A DNA stretch of 64,000 nt from Girardia tigrina (Eukaryota), in NCBI GenBank assembly GCA_001938485.1, contig MQRK01217891.1, positions 26,121 through 90,120 on the forward strand, read 5' to 3'. Below the pieces are notes generated by a model, which was given only the letters and a program-made list of their open reading frames with translations, searched no databases and was not told the DNA's origin. Positions 53,858 to 64,000 of this stretch are shown here, piece by piece. Position 1 is the stretch's first letter. Each line of letters starts with the position of its first letter. Made by a program: the position numbers and the translations under genes.

Positions 53858-54223
53858 TTAAGGTATTTCTTATGTTCTCTCACAAAAAATGTTTTTTAAA
53901 GATTTTTGTCAGAATTATTTTTTAAAGGATGCATCAGTATTTTATAGAAATTTTCATATTATTTCAGAAATATTTTAAATAGAATAATAACATTGCTAAA
54001 ATGCTAATATAATCAGAATAATAGTTACTGCACCGGGAAAGTAAGTTCTATCTGAATCCAACAAATAATCTGGTATTGCGCAATAACACATTCAAAATAC
54101 TTTATGTAAATAATTTTAACAAATAAAAAAATATATTGTACTGGAAATTTGATTTTTTTACAATTATTTTTAAAAGCATAAAAAGCTTCTTTATATAGAA
54201 ATGTATTTATTATGAATTAGGAA

Positions 54224-54756
54224 TGTGAGGAATATTTTAAATTGTTTGAATGTGTGAATGTATTGATACTGTATGTTGATTTGAGTATATTGAACTTAGA
54301 ATGGTGATTCTCCCACCCAGATGGAAATTGGTATTTTTTTAAATTTAAAGTGATTCAATATTCGAACATAATTAAAATAATAATTTGATAAGTTTATATT
54401 TTTAAATTAACAATTTAAATTAAGTTTAATATTTTTTAAGAAAAGAAAAGCATTTAATTAAATTTAAGTAAATTTAACAAGATTTAAATTAAAGTCATTT
54501 TTAAAAATTTAGATAACATTTTATAATTTTGTGTTTATTTAAAAATCATTTAAATTATTACTTTTAATTAATATTTTTAAAAATTAAATATTTTCAAAAG
54601 ATTTAGAAAAATTGTTTGAATAATCATGATTAAAAATAGAAATAACGAAACCAATTAGAGCGATGTCAAACGATGAAAGATCTTCTGAGAGTTGTGATGA
54701 CTTTATATGTGATAGTGATAAAAATTCAAATGATAATCGTCTCAATGTTCTTAATA
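54224..54756 (+). mobile_element. solo LTR (TG...TA, TSD AGGAA)
   Basis: AGGAA on both sides; close paralogue of 1645-2141. Confidence 0.85.
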
Positions 54757-56274
54757 AGGAAATTTTTTTAAGTTTATAAAAAATTAAAATGTGTTAATAA
54801 AAGAGTCATTCATTCTTACCAATATGTGTTGTAAAGCAACACCGGCTTCTGTGTTCAGACAGAATTTACCAAACCGATGAAACAAGTATTATTTTTACCA
54901 TAAGATTTTTTTCAGATAAAAAATATACTTTGTCATGTTTTTGATAAAATTTGTAAAAAATATTTTTTCTAAATTTTTTGTTATGAAGGAAAACGATAAA
55001 CCATTTTAAAAATACGGACAAAAAGTTTAGGAAAAAATTTTTTTCTTGTTGGAGGGCAGTATGATAGTGGCCCTTTTTAACTCGGCATAATTATTTTAAA
55101 TGTACATAACAAAAGTATAAGAGTATTTAAAAATGATTAAAAACAAATTTCAAAGCAAAATAATACAAAAATGTTGGGTTATTTATTAAAATTATTTTAA
55201 CCTAGTATATTGGGAGCTAGGTCTTCATCACACTCAGATATAAACTTTGAATTTTACATTTAATTTAATCCAATATTAATTTAGTAAATATTTATTGCAA
55301 ATTATATCATAATTATACATAATAGGTTATCATTACAAATGAAAAAAAATAATAGCAAGAAAGTTTAGCTAATAACATTTATTTGGGCCCAAGCTAGTTT
55401 ACCACATCATGCAAAAATATCATACAATTCAAATGTCAAAAAAGTTCAACAGCTCACCGAACATGTTCTTTAAGCTGCGAATACTTCTTGTTTAGTTCAG
55501 GAAAATACCCAGCAGAACCATGAAAATATAATGATGTCTGCATAACAATTTTCTTTTTGATTATGAAAATGTGGGTGGGTTGCATAGTAAAAGATACTAG
55601 AGACTACTATGACATATTTCACATATCTTGCTAGTACGCATTATCCATTTCATTGCCAAATTTCGTTTGTTCCACAATGCTAGATGGAATAAATCAGATT
55701 TTTCAAATGTTTGTCAATCTTATGCATAGATAGATTCTCCTGGTATTCGCGGTTCTTATGGGATCTGATTGTCTCCTAGATTGTTGTAATTACTAAGGAT
55801 GTGCGTTCTCCAGCCAGATATCTTGTATGATTTCGAATGTAAGGGACATCGGATTATCCATCAACAAGCTTTTGAACACATTATTAGATCTGATTGTTTT
55901 CAGTGAAATTGTTTTGGGTGTTTATAAGTACATTTTTTTCCTAAAATTATCAATATTTTCCAAAAATTCATTTTTTAAAATTCAAATTCAAAGTCTAAAA
56001 GTGTATTTTTCAAAAGAAAACAAAAATTCGTTTTATTAAAATTTGAGTGTTTTTGTTCTTCCTTTGCAATATATTTTTCTTTGCAACGAATTATCAAATA
56101 CGTAAATGTCCAATAAATAAGCAAACTGAGTTACCAGAGTGGATGCTCTCTATTTATGCTGACCAGGAAATTACCTACCGCGATTGTTTGTAGGCTTAAA
56201 GTAGGTTGTCAGCTCTTCCATACCTGGATATTGTGGCATAGAAACGACCAATTCATCAAAGGTTTCTAAAAAAC

Positions 56275-57187
56275 GTTCTAGGACATTTTCGCACCGGACT
56301 ATTCCGATCACGGACATTACCACACTGGATTTTTTCACACATGGACTTTACCGCTCCGGACGTCCGCACACGGACTTTTCCGCCCACGGATTTAATCCCA
56401 CCAGAATATTCCGCACATGGACTTTATCGCAACCCATCTTTTATACCATGTGCGTATTTTCTTCTTCAAAAGAATATCGAACAGTCTATACAAGGATGTT
56501 TCAAATCTTCAAACATTTGATTCCATATCTAGAGCCATGTAAAATATCAGTTTATTTAGAAAGAGCTTGTATGAATGCTTATCGTGCTGCATTTCCTTAT
56601 GCAAAAATAAAAGGATGCTATTTTCATCGAATTCAGAGTTTTGTTTGAAAAGTTAACTTTGTAGGGTTTAAAAGAGAATTGGACAATGATATATATGGAA
56701 GGACCAGCAGGAAGGAACCCATTATTCAAAATTGAAGTTTCAAATCATTTTGAAAGTGCCATTGAGAAGATATCAAAAACTAAAAATTGCTACTAAGGTT
56801 TTCTCTACTCAATTTTTCATTGAAGTCAACCTAGTGTATAGATATTGTTTGATGGCATAAAGCGTGATATTGGCGGTCATTGTTTAACTCTAGCCAATTT
56901 TCGATCTGGTCGTTTGGAAGTCAAAAAACTAAATTACATCAATCTCTACAATCAATTATCGAGAGTTGTACAAAATGATTACTATGTAATTGATAAATTA
57001 ATCTATCTACGACATATTATTTCTTTATACTTAAACTGTGGTACTGAATTATGTACTATTGTGGTATATAAATTTTCCTTAAAAGTCCTGGCCGGAAAAG
57101 TCCCTGTGTGAAAAGGTCCGATCCGGAGAAGTCCGGTGTGGAATAATCCGTGTGCGGAAAGCCCCGGTGCGGAAAAGTCGGGTCACC
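56275..57187 (+). mobile_element. Internally deleted Mutator-like (MULE) element
   Basis: Arrays of GGACTTTTCCGCAC-like subterminal repeats inverted at both ends; ~9-bp TSD CTAAAAAA(C/A); LERACMNA...FPYAKIKGCYFH transposase motif. Confidence 0.82.
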
Positions 57188-57650
57188 CTAAAAAAATAGA
57201 AACAGGAACAAGTTGGAAATCTGATTTAGATTACAACATGTGATAGGATAGGATATGATAGGATACGATAGGACACCGTACATTGCGTATCGATTCGCAG
57301 TACCGATGCAGAACATATAACTCTGATTATAAAATTATTTTTTGCAGATAAAAAAATACTTTTCAAACTTATTTTGAAATATTTTAGAAAAAATACTTTT
57401 CTTGTAACTTTCTTGTAATGAAAAATAATGATAAAGAAATGATTAGGAAATAAAATTTTCTCAGGGGGTCATTTTAGAATCATTTTTATTTTCCTGAAGC
57501 TTATAATGTGATTTACTTCAGAATATTTTACGAAACGTTTTTATTTTACGACTTTTTATGAAAATAGTTAAAATTCGAAAAATAATATCATGATAATTTT
57601 GAAGTCATAACAAAGATTAAATTCTTAATATTCGTTTGTTTCTTTCTCAG

Positions 57651-57950
57651 CTTCTACTAAGAAGACTTATTGATGAAGCTCTTGATAGAAACGTTATTTT
57701 TTCCCATCAACCAAAAGAATTATTAAATCTCATCAACAACATATTGGTGCGACAATTCCCCGAATATGAAGACGCAAAACATCGGGGAAAAGTCCGAAGT
57801 TATTTAAAAGCTTGTCGAAGAAATTCCAAGAAAAATAACGGAAGAATTTTAATGAAAAACACGGCGGCTTATTTAAGCTCTGGACCTGGAAATAGACTAA
57901 TGCATCAAATATACAACAGCGAGAAAGAAACAATTGATCTTATTCGAAAG
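57651..57950 (+). CDS. NOL4-like gene exon 4 (conserved NOL4 helical domain)
   Basis: LIDEALDRNVIFSHQPKE...RQFPEY...KVRSYLKACRR parallels NOL4 FVDENLDRMVPISKQPKE...RQFPEY...RIRTYLKSCRR; tctcAG acceptor and GTAGTG donor. Confidence 0.88.
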
Positions 57951-58100
57951 GTAGTGCTTTGAAAATTGTTTTGAGATTTTGTTTTTTAATTAATTTGTTT
58001 TTTATTAATAATAAAATGACATTTTAACAAAGAGGAATAGAGAAGTTTGAAATAAAATTATAAATGTATCTTAATAAATAAATAATTAATTATGATTGTA

Positions 58101-58614
58101 TCTTAAGAACACCAACATTGGTTTTCGAACATTTATTTTCATCACAATTCGAATTGTCTATGGGAAAATTCTCAGCCAAGCTTTCGTAATTTGACATCTC
58201 ACTAAATTTATAAATTTTTGTTAATGTCTTGTTTAAAAACAATTATTCGAACAAATTTTCATTTTAAATGATTTTCAGATTTTATTTTTAAAAATTCTAA
58301 TTTTATAATTTCAGTAATAATTTTATCTAAATATTAATTTAATTTTAAAAATGATTTTATTTAAAGAAAAACATTTATTTAATTAATTTAAAAATAAGTT
58401 ATTATTTTAAAAGTTTTTTAATATCTTCGATTGTAATTTAAAATTCATCAACAGTAATTTAAAATGCAAATTATACTCGAATAATTATTCTTCGCGAACA
58501 TCCAAAATACCAATTTTCCATCGGGGTGGAAGAAATTCATTTCCAAATACTAAACTCAACAAACAAAATTCAAAATACCAATTTCAACATACCAAATTTA
58601 AAATATTCCTTACA
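58101..58614 (-). mobile_element. solo LTR, paralogue of 24066-24951 without the MITE
   Basis: Collinear similarity; TSD degenerate. Confidence 0.75.
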
Positions 58615-58799
58615 TGCACTATCAATAACTCCGTGACAGATGCATTTTCAGTCCAATTTTAATTGGCATTTTATTTTATTGGAAATACATTTATAAAATT
58701 TTAAATAATTATTATTAATAACAATATAAATAAGCCAATCAAAGTTTATTCTTTGTTAATTTCGATATATTTTTATTGATAATAAAATAAACAAAATTT

Positions 58800-59960
58800 T
58801 CTAGCATACGTTCAAATCCTTATAAATGAAATTTTTGATGATGTGCAACAGATGTGTTATCCGATAGAAAAATGCTTCCAGCATCTGTGAAATTCGACTC
58901 CTCATTTTCTTTTAGCTATTTTAATATACACTGAAAAGATTTCTTGAGGTAGAACATTTTGAAAGTGAATATAATTCTCCCACCAATGGGTTAAATCATA
59001 GATGTAGTATTAGCTGAATAATACTACCTTTACATCGGAATGCTCCAGTATCGGATAGTCAGGTGCACTATCAACTTCAAAAATGGCTTTAAATGGTTCC
59101 TGCTTATTTTTTAAATAATGTTTCTCCTGTCGTACAAAGTAGCTTCCCAACCAATGTTTAAACATAGCAGGTGTAACACAGACTTTTTATTGGCCCTTTA
59201 ATGAACGTTTAAGTTACTTAAAATGTTTCTTTTTAATGCTGGAGGTCTCAAACTTTTGTCTGTGAGCAATGTCTAATTCATACGATCACCGGAAGCATTA
59301 CTGCAATCTAAAAATGACACGCGATCCTTTTTAGTTTTAAAGCTGCCATTTATTTTAAGGTTTGATAAATAAGTTCAATTTTGTAAAATTTTTCAAAAGA
59401 ATCAGGTTTCGTAGGTGTTAAAAACTTAATCAGTTGCATAACTACCAACTGAATAATCTTTAGTAAATTTGGCCGATATTTTTGAGCAACTATATTATCA
59501 GTTGAAGCAATTTAACCCATATTTTTAAAGTATGGAAATTAGGTCTGGCTAGAAACTAAAAAAAACTGGCTGTAAATTCAGGATATTATTGTAAGTTAAA
59601 TTTGATGTAACGAGTGATTATAAGTATTCAAAGCTTTTTGTTTTATTTTAATCATATTTACTGGTATTTTTTGTTGAGATATTCAATCTAAATTGTCAAA
59701 AAAATTCCATTTTTTCAATAACAATATTTATAGAATATGTTGTGCTTGATAATTTTTTTCCCGATATCACAAATTTTCTTATTACATCTTCGTTTTTTAA
59801 TATTGTATATAGAGATGATTCACTTAATATAAATATCTTGCCTAAATTAGTTGGACCTGCTCGCTGTCATAAAGAATCCATAACCTGTATTTTTTGTTCC
59901 CAAAGCGATGTATTTTAATGTTTTGATTTTCTTTGAATAATTTTCCATAAAAACGGCATA
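58800..59960 (-). mobile_element. Highly degenerate Tigger/pogo transposase remnant
   Basis: KDRVSFLDCSNASG, VDSAPDYP, NTTSMI*PI fragments. Confidence 0.6.
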
Positions 59961-60130
59961 TAGCTAACACTAAACAAACTTAACATTAAAAACATTCAAC
60001 AAACTTAAACGGCTGGTGCTCAATTTGCACCTCGAAAATTGACCTTGAATGAACAAATTGCCTTTAAATCATAACTTAAATTATATTTTTTATCATTGCT
60101 ATGGAAAAACTAAGGAAAAAAATTGCATAC

Positions 60131-60175
<45 letters not shown>

Positions 60176-60225
60176 NNNNNNNNNNNNNNNNNNNNNNNNN
60201 NNNNNNNNNNNNNNNNNNNNNNNNN

Positions 60226-60271
<46 letters not shown>

Positions 60272-60316
60272 TTATATAATTTTCAACAATAAATAAACTA
60301 AAATTTTATTATTTAA

Positions 60317-60543
60317 CCCTTTCCAGCCCATTGTTGCCATATGGCAACATATTTGAAAAATTAAATTACAGTTCTCTTTTACCCAATTTAAATTTTACAC
60401 AGTAATAGTTTCTAAAAAGTCTAATAGATGACACTACATATTTTAGAATGCAAAAAAGCGCGATTCTCACTTGTTTCTTAGCAATTTAAATCAACATTGT
60501 AACGGATATTTATTTTCAAAAATAATAATGTGAACTGAAAGGG
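60317..60543. mobile_element. piggyBac-type MITE
   Basis: TTAA TSD, TIRs CCCTTT...; subterminal palindrome TGTTGCCATATGGCAACA. Confidence 0.8.
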
Positions 60544-61007
60544 TTAAAAAAGCCGGAGAAAAATTTTTCTCTAAAATCAGGTAAAGTGAAAAAAGAATTC
60601 GTACCTCAAAAGCAAATCGCGTAAAAGTTAATTTTCTTGAAAAAGGTCACTTAAAAAAGGATATGATATCTTAAAAATCTCTTGATAAAACACTTTATTA
60701 AGGGTAAATGTAATTTAAAAACATGGATACGCTCTTTAGCAAATTTTAAAATATTTGGTTGAGAAAATCTGTGAAGAATTATATGTATCAAATCTTTGGA
60801 TTCTAAAATTAATGATTAAAATGCTCTCTATAATTTTATTAAAAGTTTTTAAATGGTGTACTGATGACGCATCGATTTTCTACATCGAAATTCTAAAAAA
60901 CAAAAAAGCATTTTAATTAGCTTATTAATTTTGATTTTTACAAATTTGCAATTTGTCTAAAATTTGTTTGCAATAATTAGTATGATTTTATATTTACTTT
61001 AATTGAG

Positions 61008-61376
61008 GAATCTGAAAAATTTCGGTTAGCGCAAAATGGAAAAGTTTCCCAAAGTCAAATACAAACTCCTACTGTGTCATCTACTGCATCAAATCAGCGT
61101 CAACAACAAGTTCTGAATGTCCCCAACACCCTTCCAGCCCTCCTACCGGTGTCTATGCAACCCGTGCAGTCGATAGTCAAATCCAGTTCACAGATTATAA
61201 CATCGAAACCACCAATTCCAATGACCCAAATGCCCCTGTTGTTACCGTTGACGAACAATAACAACAACAACAACAGCAACAACATCAACTATAGTGAGCC
61301 CATCAAGAAATCGACTAAAGATCATGATCAAAATTATTCCGAAGATGTTATGAAAAATATTTCGGAAATCGTTCGA
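61008..61376 (+). CDS. NOL4-like gene exon 5 (Q/P/N-rich); gene continues beyond window
   Basis: Open frame ESEKFRLAQ...MKNISEIVR, donor GTAAAA at 61377; the only nearby phase-0 acceptor is ttGAG, so the 5' boundary is uncertain. Confidence 0.65.
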
Positions 61377-61683
61377 GTAAAAATTTATAATTTCGTATTA
61401 CTCCAGTTCTAAGAAAAGATTTTTTTTCAATTTATTTTTTATGTAAAACATTCCCAAATATTTTCATGAAAATTATTCGATATTGCCCCACTCAAGAAAA
61501 ATTTTTTATTTCCAAATCTTTTCTTAACTATTATTTTTTACATATTTATCCATATTTTTCATAAAAAAATTTCAAGAAAAAAATATGGTTTTCGAAAACT
61601 TACCTAATTTTTTTTTCAATTTTCTACAATTATTCTTTAATGAAAATAGACATTTTGAAGTATTTAAAAATTACTATTGCGAC

Positions 61684-62079
61684 TATTAACAACATCAATA
61701 TGAGGTTTACAACATTTATTAATATCACTATTTGACATCTCTCTTGATATTTCTGAGTTCAAACTAATTATTTTCAATAAATGACAATCTATTAATAAAA
61801 ATTATTAATTATAAAGAATCTAATTGATTGAAATTAAATCTAAACATTTTTTTTAAAAGAACATATTAAATTAATATATTAAAATTTGAAATTATATTAA
61901 AAAATAAATAATACATTCAAAAATTATTTTAAATCTTTTTACTTTAAAATTAAATTAAATTATTTTTAATTAGTAAGAATCAAAGAAAATATCAATCATC
62001 CACCTGTGTACGAGAGGCACAATCCGAATCAACATACAACATGCACAATATCAACACACAATTCAAAACATTCCTCACA
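61684..62079 (-). mobile_element. solo LTR (TG...TA, TSD GCGAC/GTGAC)
   Basis: 5' end TGTGAGGAAT, similar to 14781-15244. Confidence 0.68.
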
Positions 62080-62244
62080 GTGACCAAATCAAAAGCCAAA
62101 GTTAGAAAATGAATAGGAATTTATTTATATCCACAAATCTTGAGCTCGACTCAAATCTCGCGCCTAATTTCCTATTATTAAGACAATTACTGTTTGAATT
62201 CATCACGCAATTCAAAATTATTAAGAATTTAATTTCAAGAAATA

Positions 62245-62450
62245 TTAAAAACAAATGAACGCCATTTAAAAATATATTTTTTGATAATATATTTCGACGG
62301 TTTAATCGTCATCATTCGGGCAGTCTCTCCGATGTATGTGGAAAAACCGTCGAAATATATTATCAAAAAATATATTTTTAAAGAACATAATAAGTGATGA
62401 CGGTTAAACTGTCGAAATATATTTTTTAATGGTGTTCATTTGTTTTTCAT
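62245..62450. repeat. Inverted and tandem Penelope-like terminal repeats with hammerhead-like cores
   Basis: 39-bp perfect inverted repeat 62265-62303 / 62344-62382; TGATGACG.TTAAAC.GTCGAAA in both orientations. Confidence 0.6.
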
Positions 62451-63055
62451 AAAAAATTGTCGTCCTTTTTAAATTTTATTTGTATTCAAGAGTTATAACA
62501 CAAAAATACAATAAACGCCGTATTTTATGTCGGTGTCTATCAAAGCGTGACATCGTTCCTTTGTGTATCAACACTGGTGTCCCAAGAATAACTGATTATA
62601 ACCATATTTTTTTCAGAAAAAAATATTTTTTGACGTCTTTTAAAAATTAACAAAATAAATTTTCGTGAAAAATAATTATTTTTATAAAATTTTTATAAAT
62701 CATTTAAAAAATAATGATAAAGAAAATACTTTGAAAATAAAATTTTCTCGGTTGTGGTTTATCTGTTTTCATTATTATATTAATTTCCATTATTTTTTTC
62801 TTTAGTTTATCAGATTATTTTTTGCAGTCTAAGTCCAGAGGTAATATTAATTATTTTAATACACTCCTTTTAATGTTCTTCAACAACGTTTTTCTTCTTC
62901 CTAACGTAGAGAATCAGTTAAAATCCCGTCATGTAAAATTTATGATAATTAAAATTATATAAATTAATTTGTTATAAATTTTATTTTTAAATAATTTTAC
63001 AAAATTCAGAATTATTCCACTGGGTAATCATAAAAAAATCAAAAATGCTTTAGGA

Positions 63056-64000
63056 CAGGGCTTCCCAACGGGGTCCAGGTGGACCCCCAGGGGTCAACAA
63101 CGTGATTAACGGGGTCCGCAGCAAAATTATGAATTACATTTATAAAACGTGTTATTCAAAAATTCAGGAATTCAAAAAGTCAATGATTAAAAACGTTTCT
63201 AACAAGTTTCCATCTCTAATAAATAAAATTGTATCAACCATAAAATGATGGAAAATAATATTGTTTAAATAAATAACTTTTTAATAATTTTTTAAATACC
63301 CAATTTTGATATAAGTAAAAGCAATAAAAAATGTAGGAAATATGATCCGTCGTACATTCAATATTGATTTATTACCAGCAAAAATAATCCATTATTACCA
63401 CAGCGTCTCATTTGCTTAATCCAACTGACGAATGAATCGATGAAATCTGCCAAATTATCATTACATCTCAATAAATGCCATCCTTCATTGACCAAAAATC
63501 CAAAGAATATTTCCAGGCGATTAGTGACAGTGCATGCTCTTCATCGTCAAAACTGAAAAGCTTTCTCATCAAACGCAGTAGCATTTCTGGGCTCACCGCG
63601 TCTTACAATATTGCATTTTTGATTGCTAAACAAGGTCGGCCACATACTATTGCTGAGGATCTCATCAAACCTGCTATCATGGAAGCGTATAAAGTAGCTA
63701 ATGTTTCCAATCCAAATTCTATTATTAGCAGCATACCTCTATCCAATAATACTATTGCGTCTCGTATTATTGATATGGCAGACGATGTCAAATTTATCCT
63801 TATTGGAAGACTTGCGAAACATTAACTATTGATGAAAGCACCTTTGCAAATCAGTCTGTACTTTTTGCTTTTGTGCGCTATGTCAGGAATTCTGAAATAC
63901 GCGAGGAACTACTCTTTATGAAAACTCTCCTTAATTGTACAGGGGAACAAGTGTTCAATGTTGTAAACGACTTTCTACAAGCAAATGATATAAGCATGGA
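63056..64000 (+). mobile_element. hAT (Buster/ZBED5-like) transposon, 5' part; runs off window
   Basis: TIR CAGGGCTTCCCAA, subterminal GGGGTC repeats; SYNIAFLIAKQGRPHTIAEDLIKPA...PLSNNTI...DEST...FVRY...EELLF with stops. Confidence 0.88.

Noticed and set aside
56280-56430. Short GGACTTTTCCGCAC-like repeats with spacers
   Set aside because: Mirrored at 57085-57185; they are MULE subterminal repeats
60049-60292. YIYIYI ORFs
   Set aside because: (TA)n microsatellite plus gap
60858-60895. CTGATGA...GAAA motif (a similar one lies at ~31515-31540 on minus)
   Set aside because: Stems I and II cannot be paired convincingly; may be chance or a very decayed relic

Overview
This is very AT-rich eukaryotic DNA with several N gaps (largest 19751-20679). 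It is probably from an invertebrate animal; the species cannot be determined from sequence alone. Two spliced host genes lie on the + strand. The first is a complete 14-exon BAG6/BAT3 orthologue (12750-46149, about 1156 aa when the exons are joined by hand) with an N-terminal ubiquitin-like domain and a C-terminal SDAYxSGMPxKRRK/BAG-similar region. The second is the first five exons of a NOL4-like gene (51016-61376), which continues past the window. Introns are either about 50 nt or kilobases long and filled with decayed mobile DNA: mariners, Tc1, pogo/Tigger, hAT, MULE, piggyBac MITEs, a Helitron, LINEs, Ty3/Gypsy relics, and a family of solo LTRs with 5-bp TSDs and mostly non-canonical TG...TA ends. 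The most notable unexplained items lie antisense inside BAG6 introns. These are a PP4 phosphatase catalytic-subunit pseudogene that keeps its start and stop but has lost most of its interior (with a second partial copy sharing the same lesions), and a divergent beta-tubulin relic collapsed in the same way. Several degenerate Penelope-type hammerhead ribozyme motifs are also present. No CRISPR array, tRNA, rRNA or prokaryotic system was found, and no finding by itself demonstrates a new biological system.
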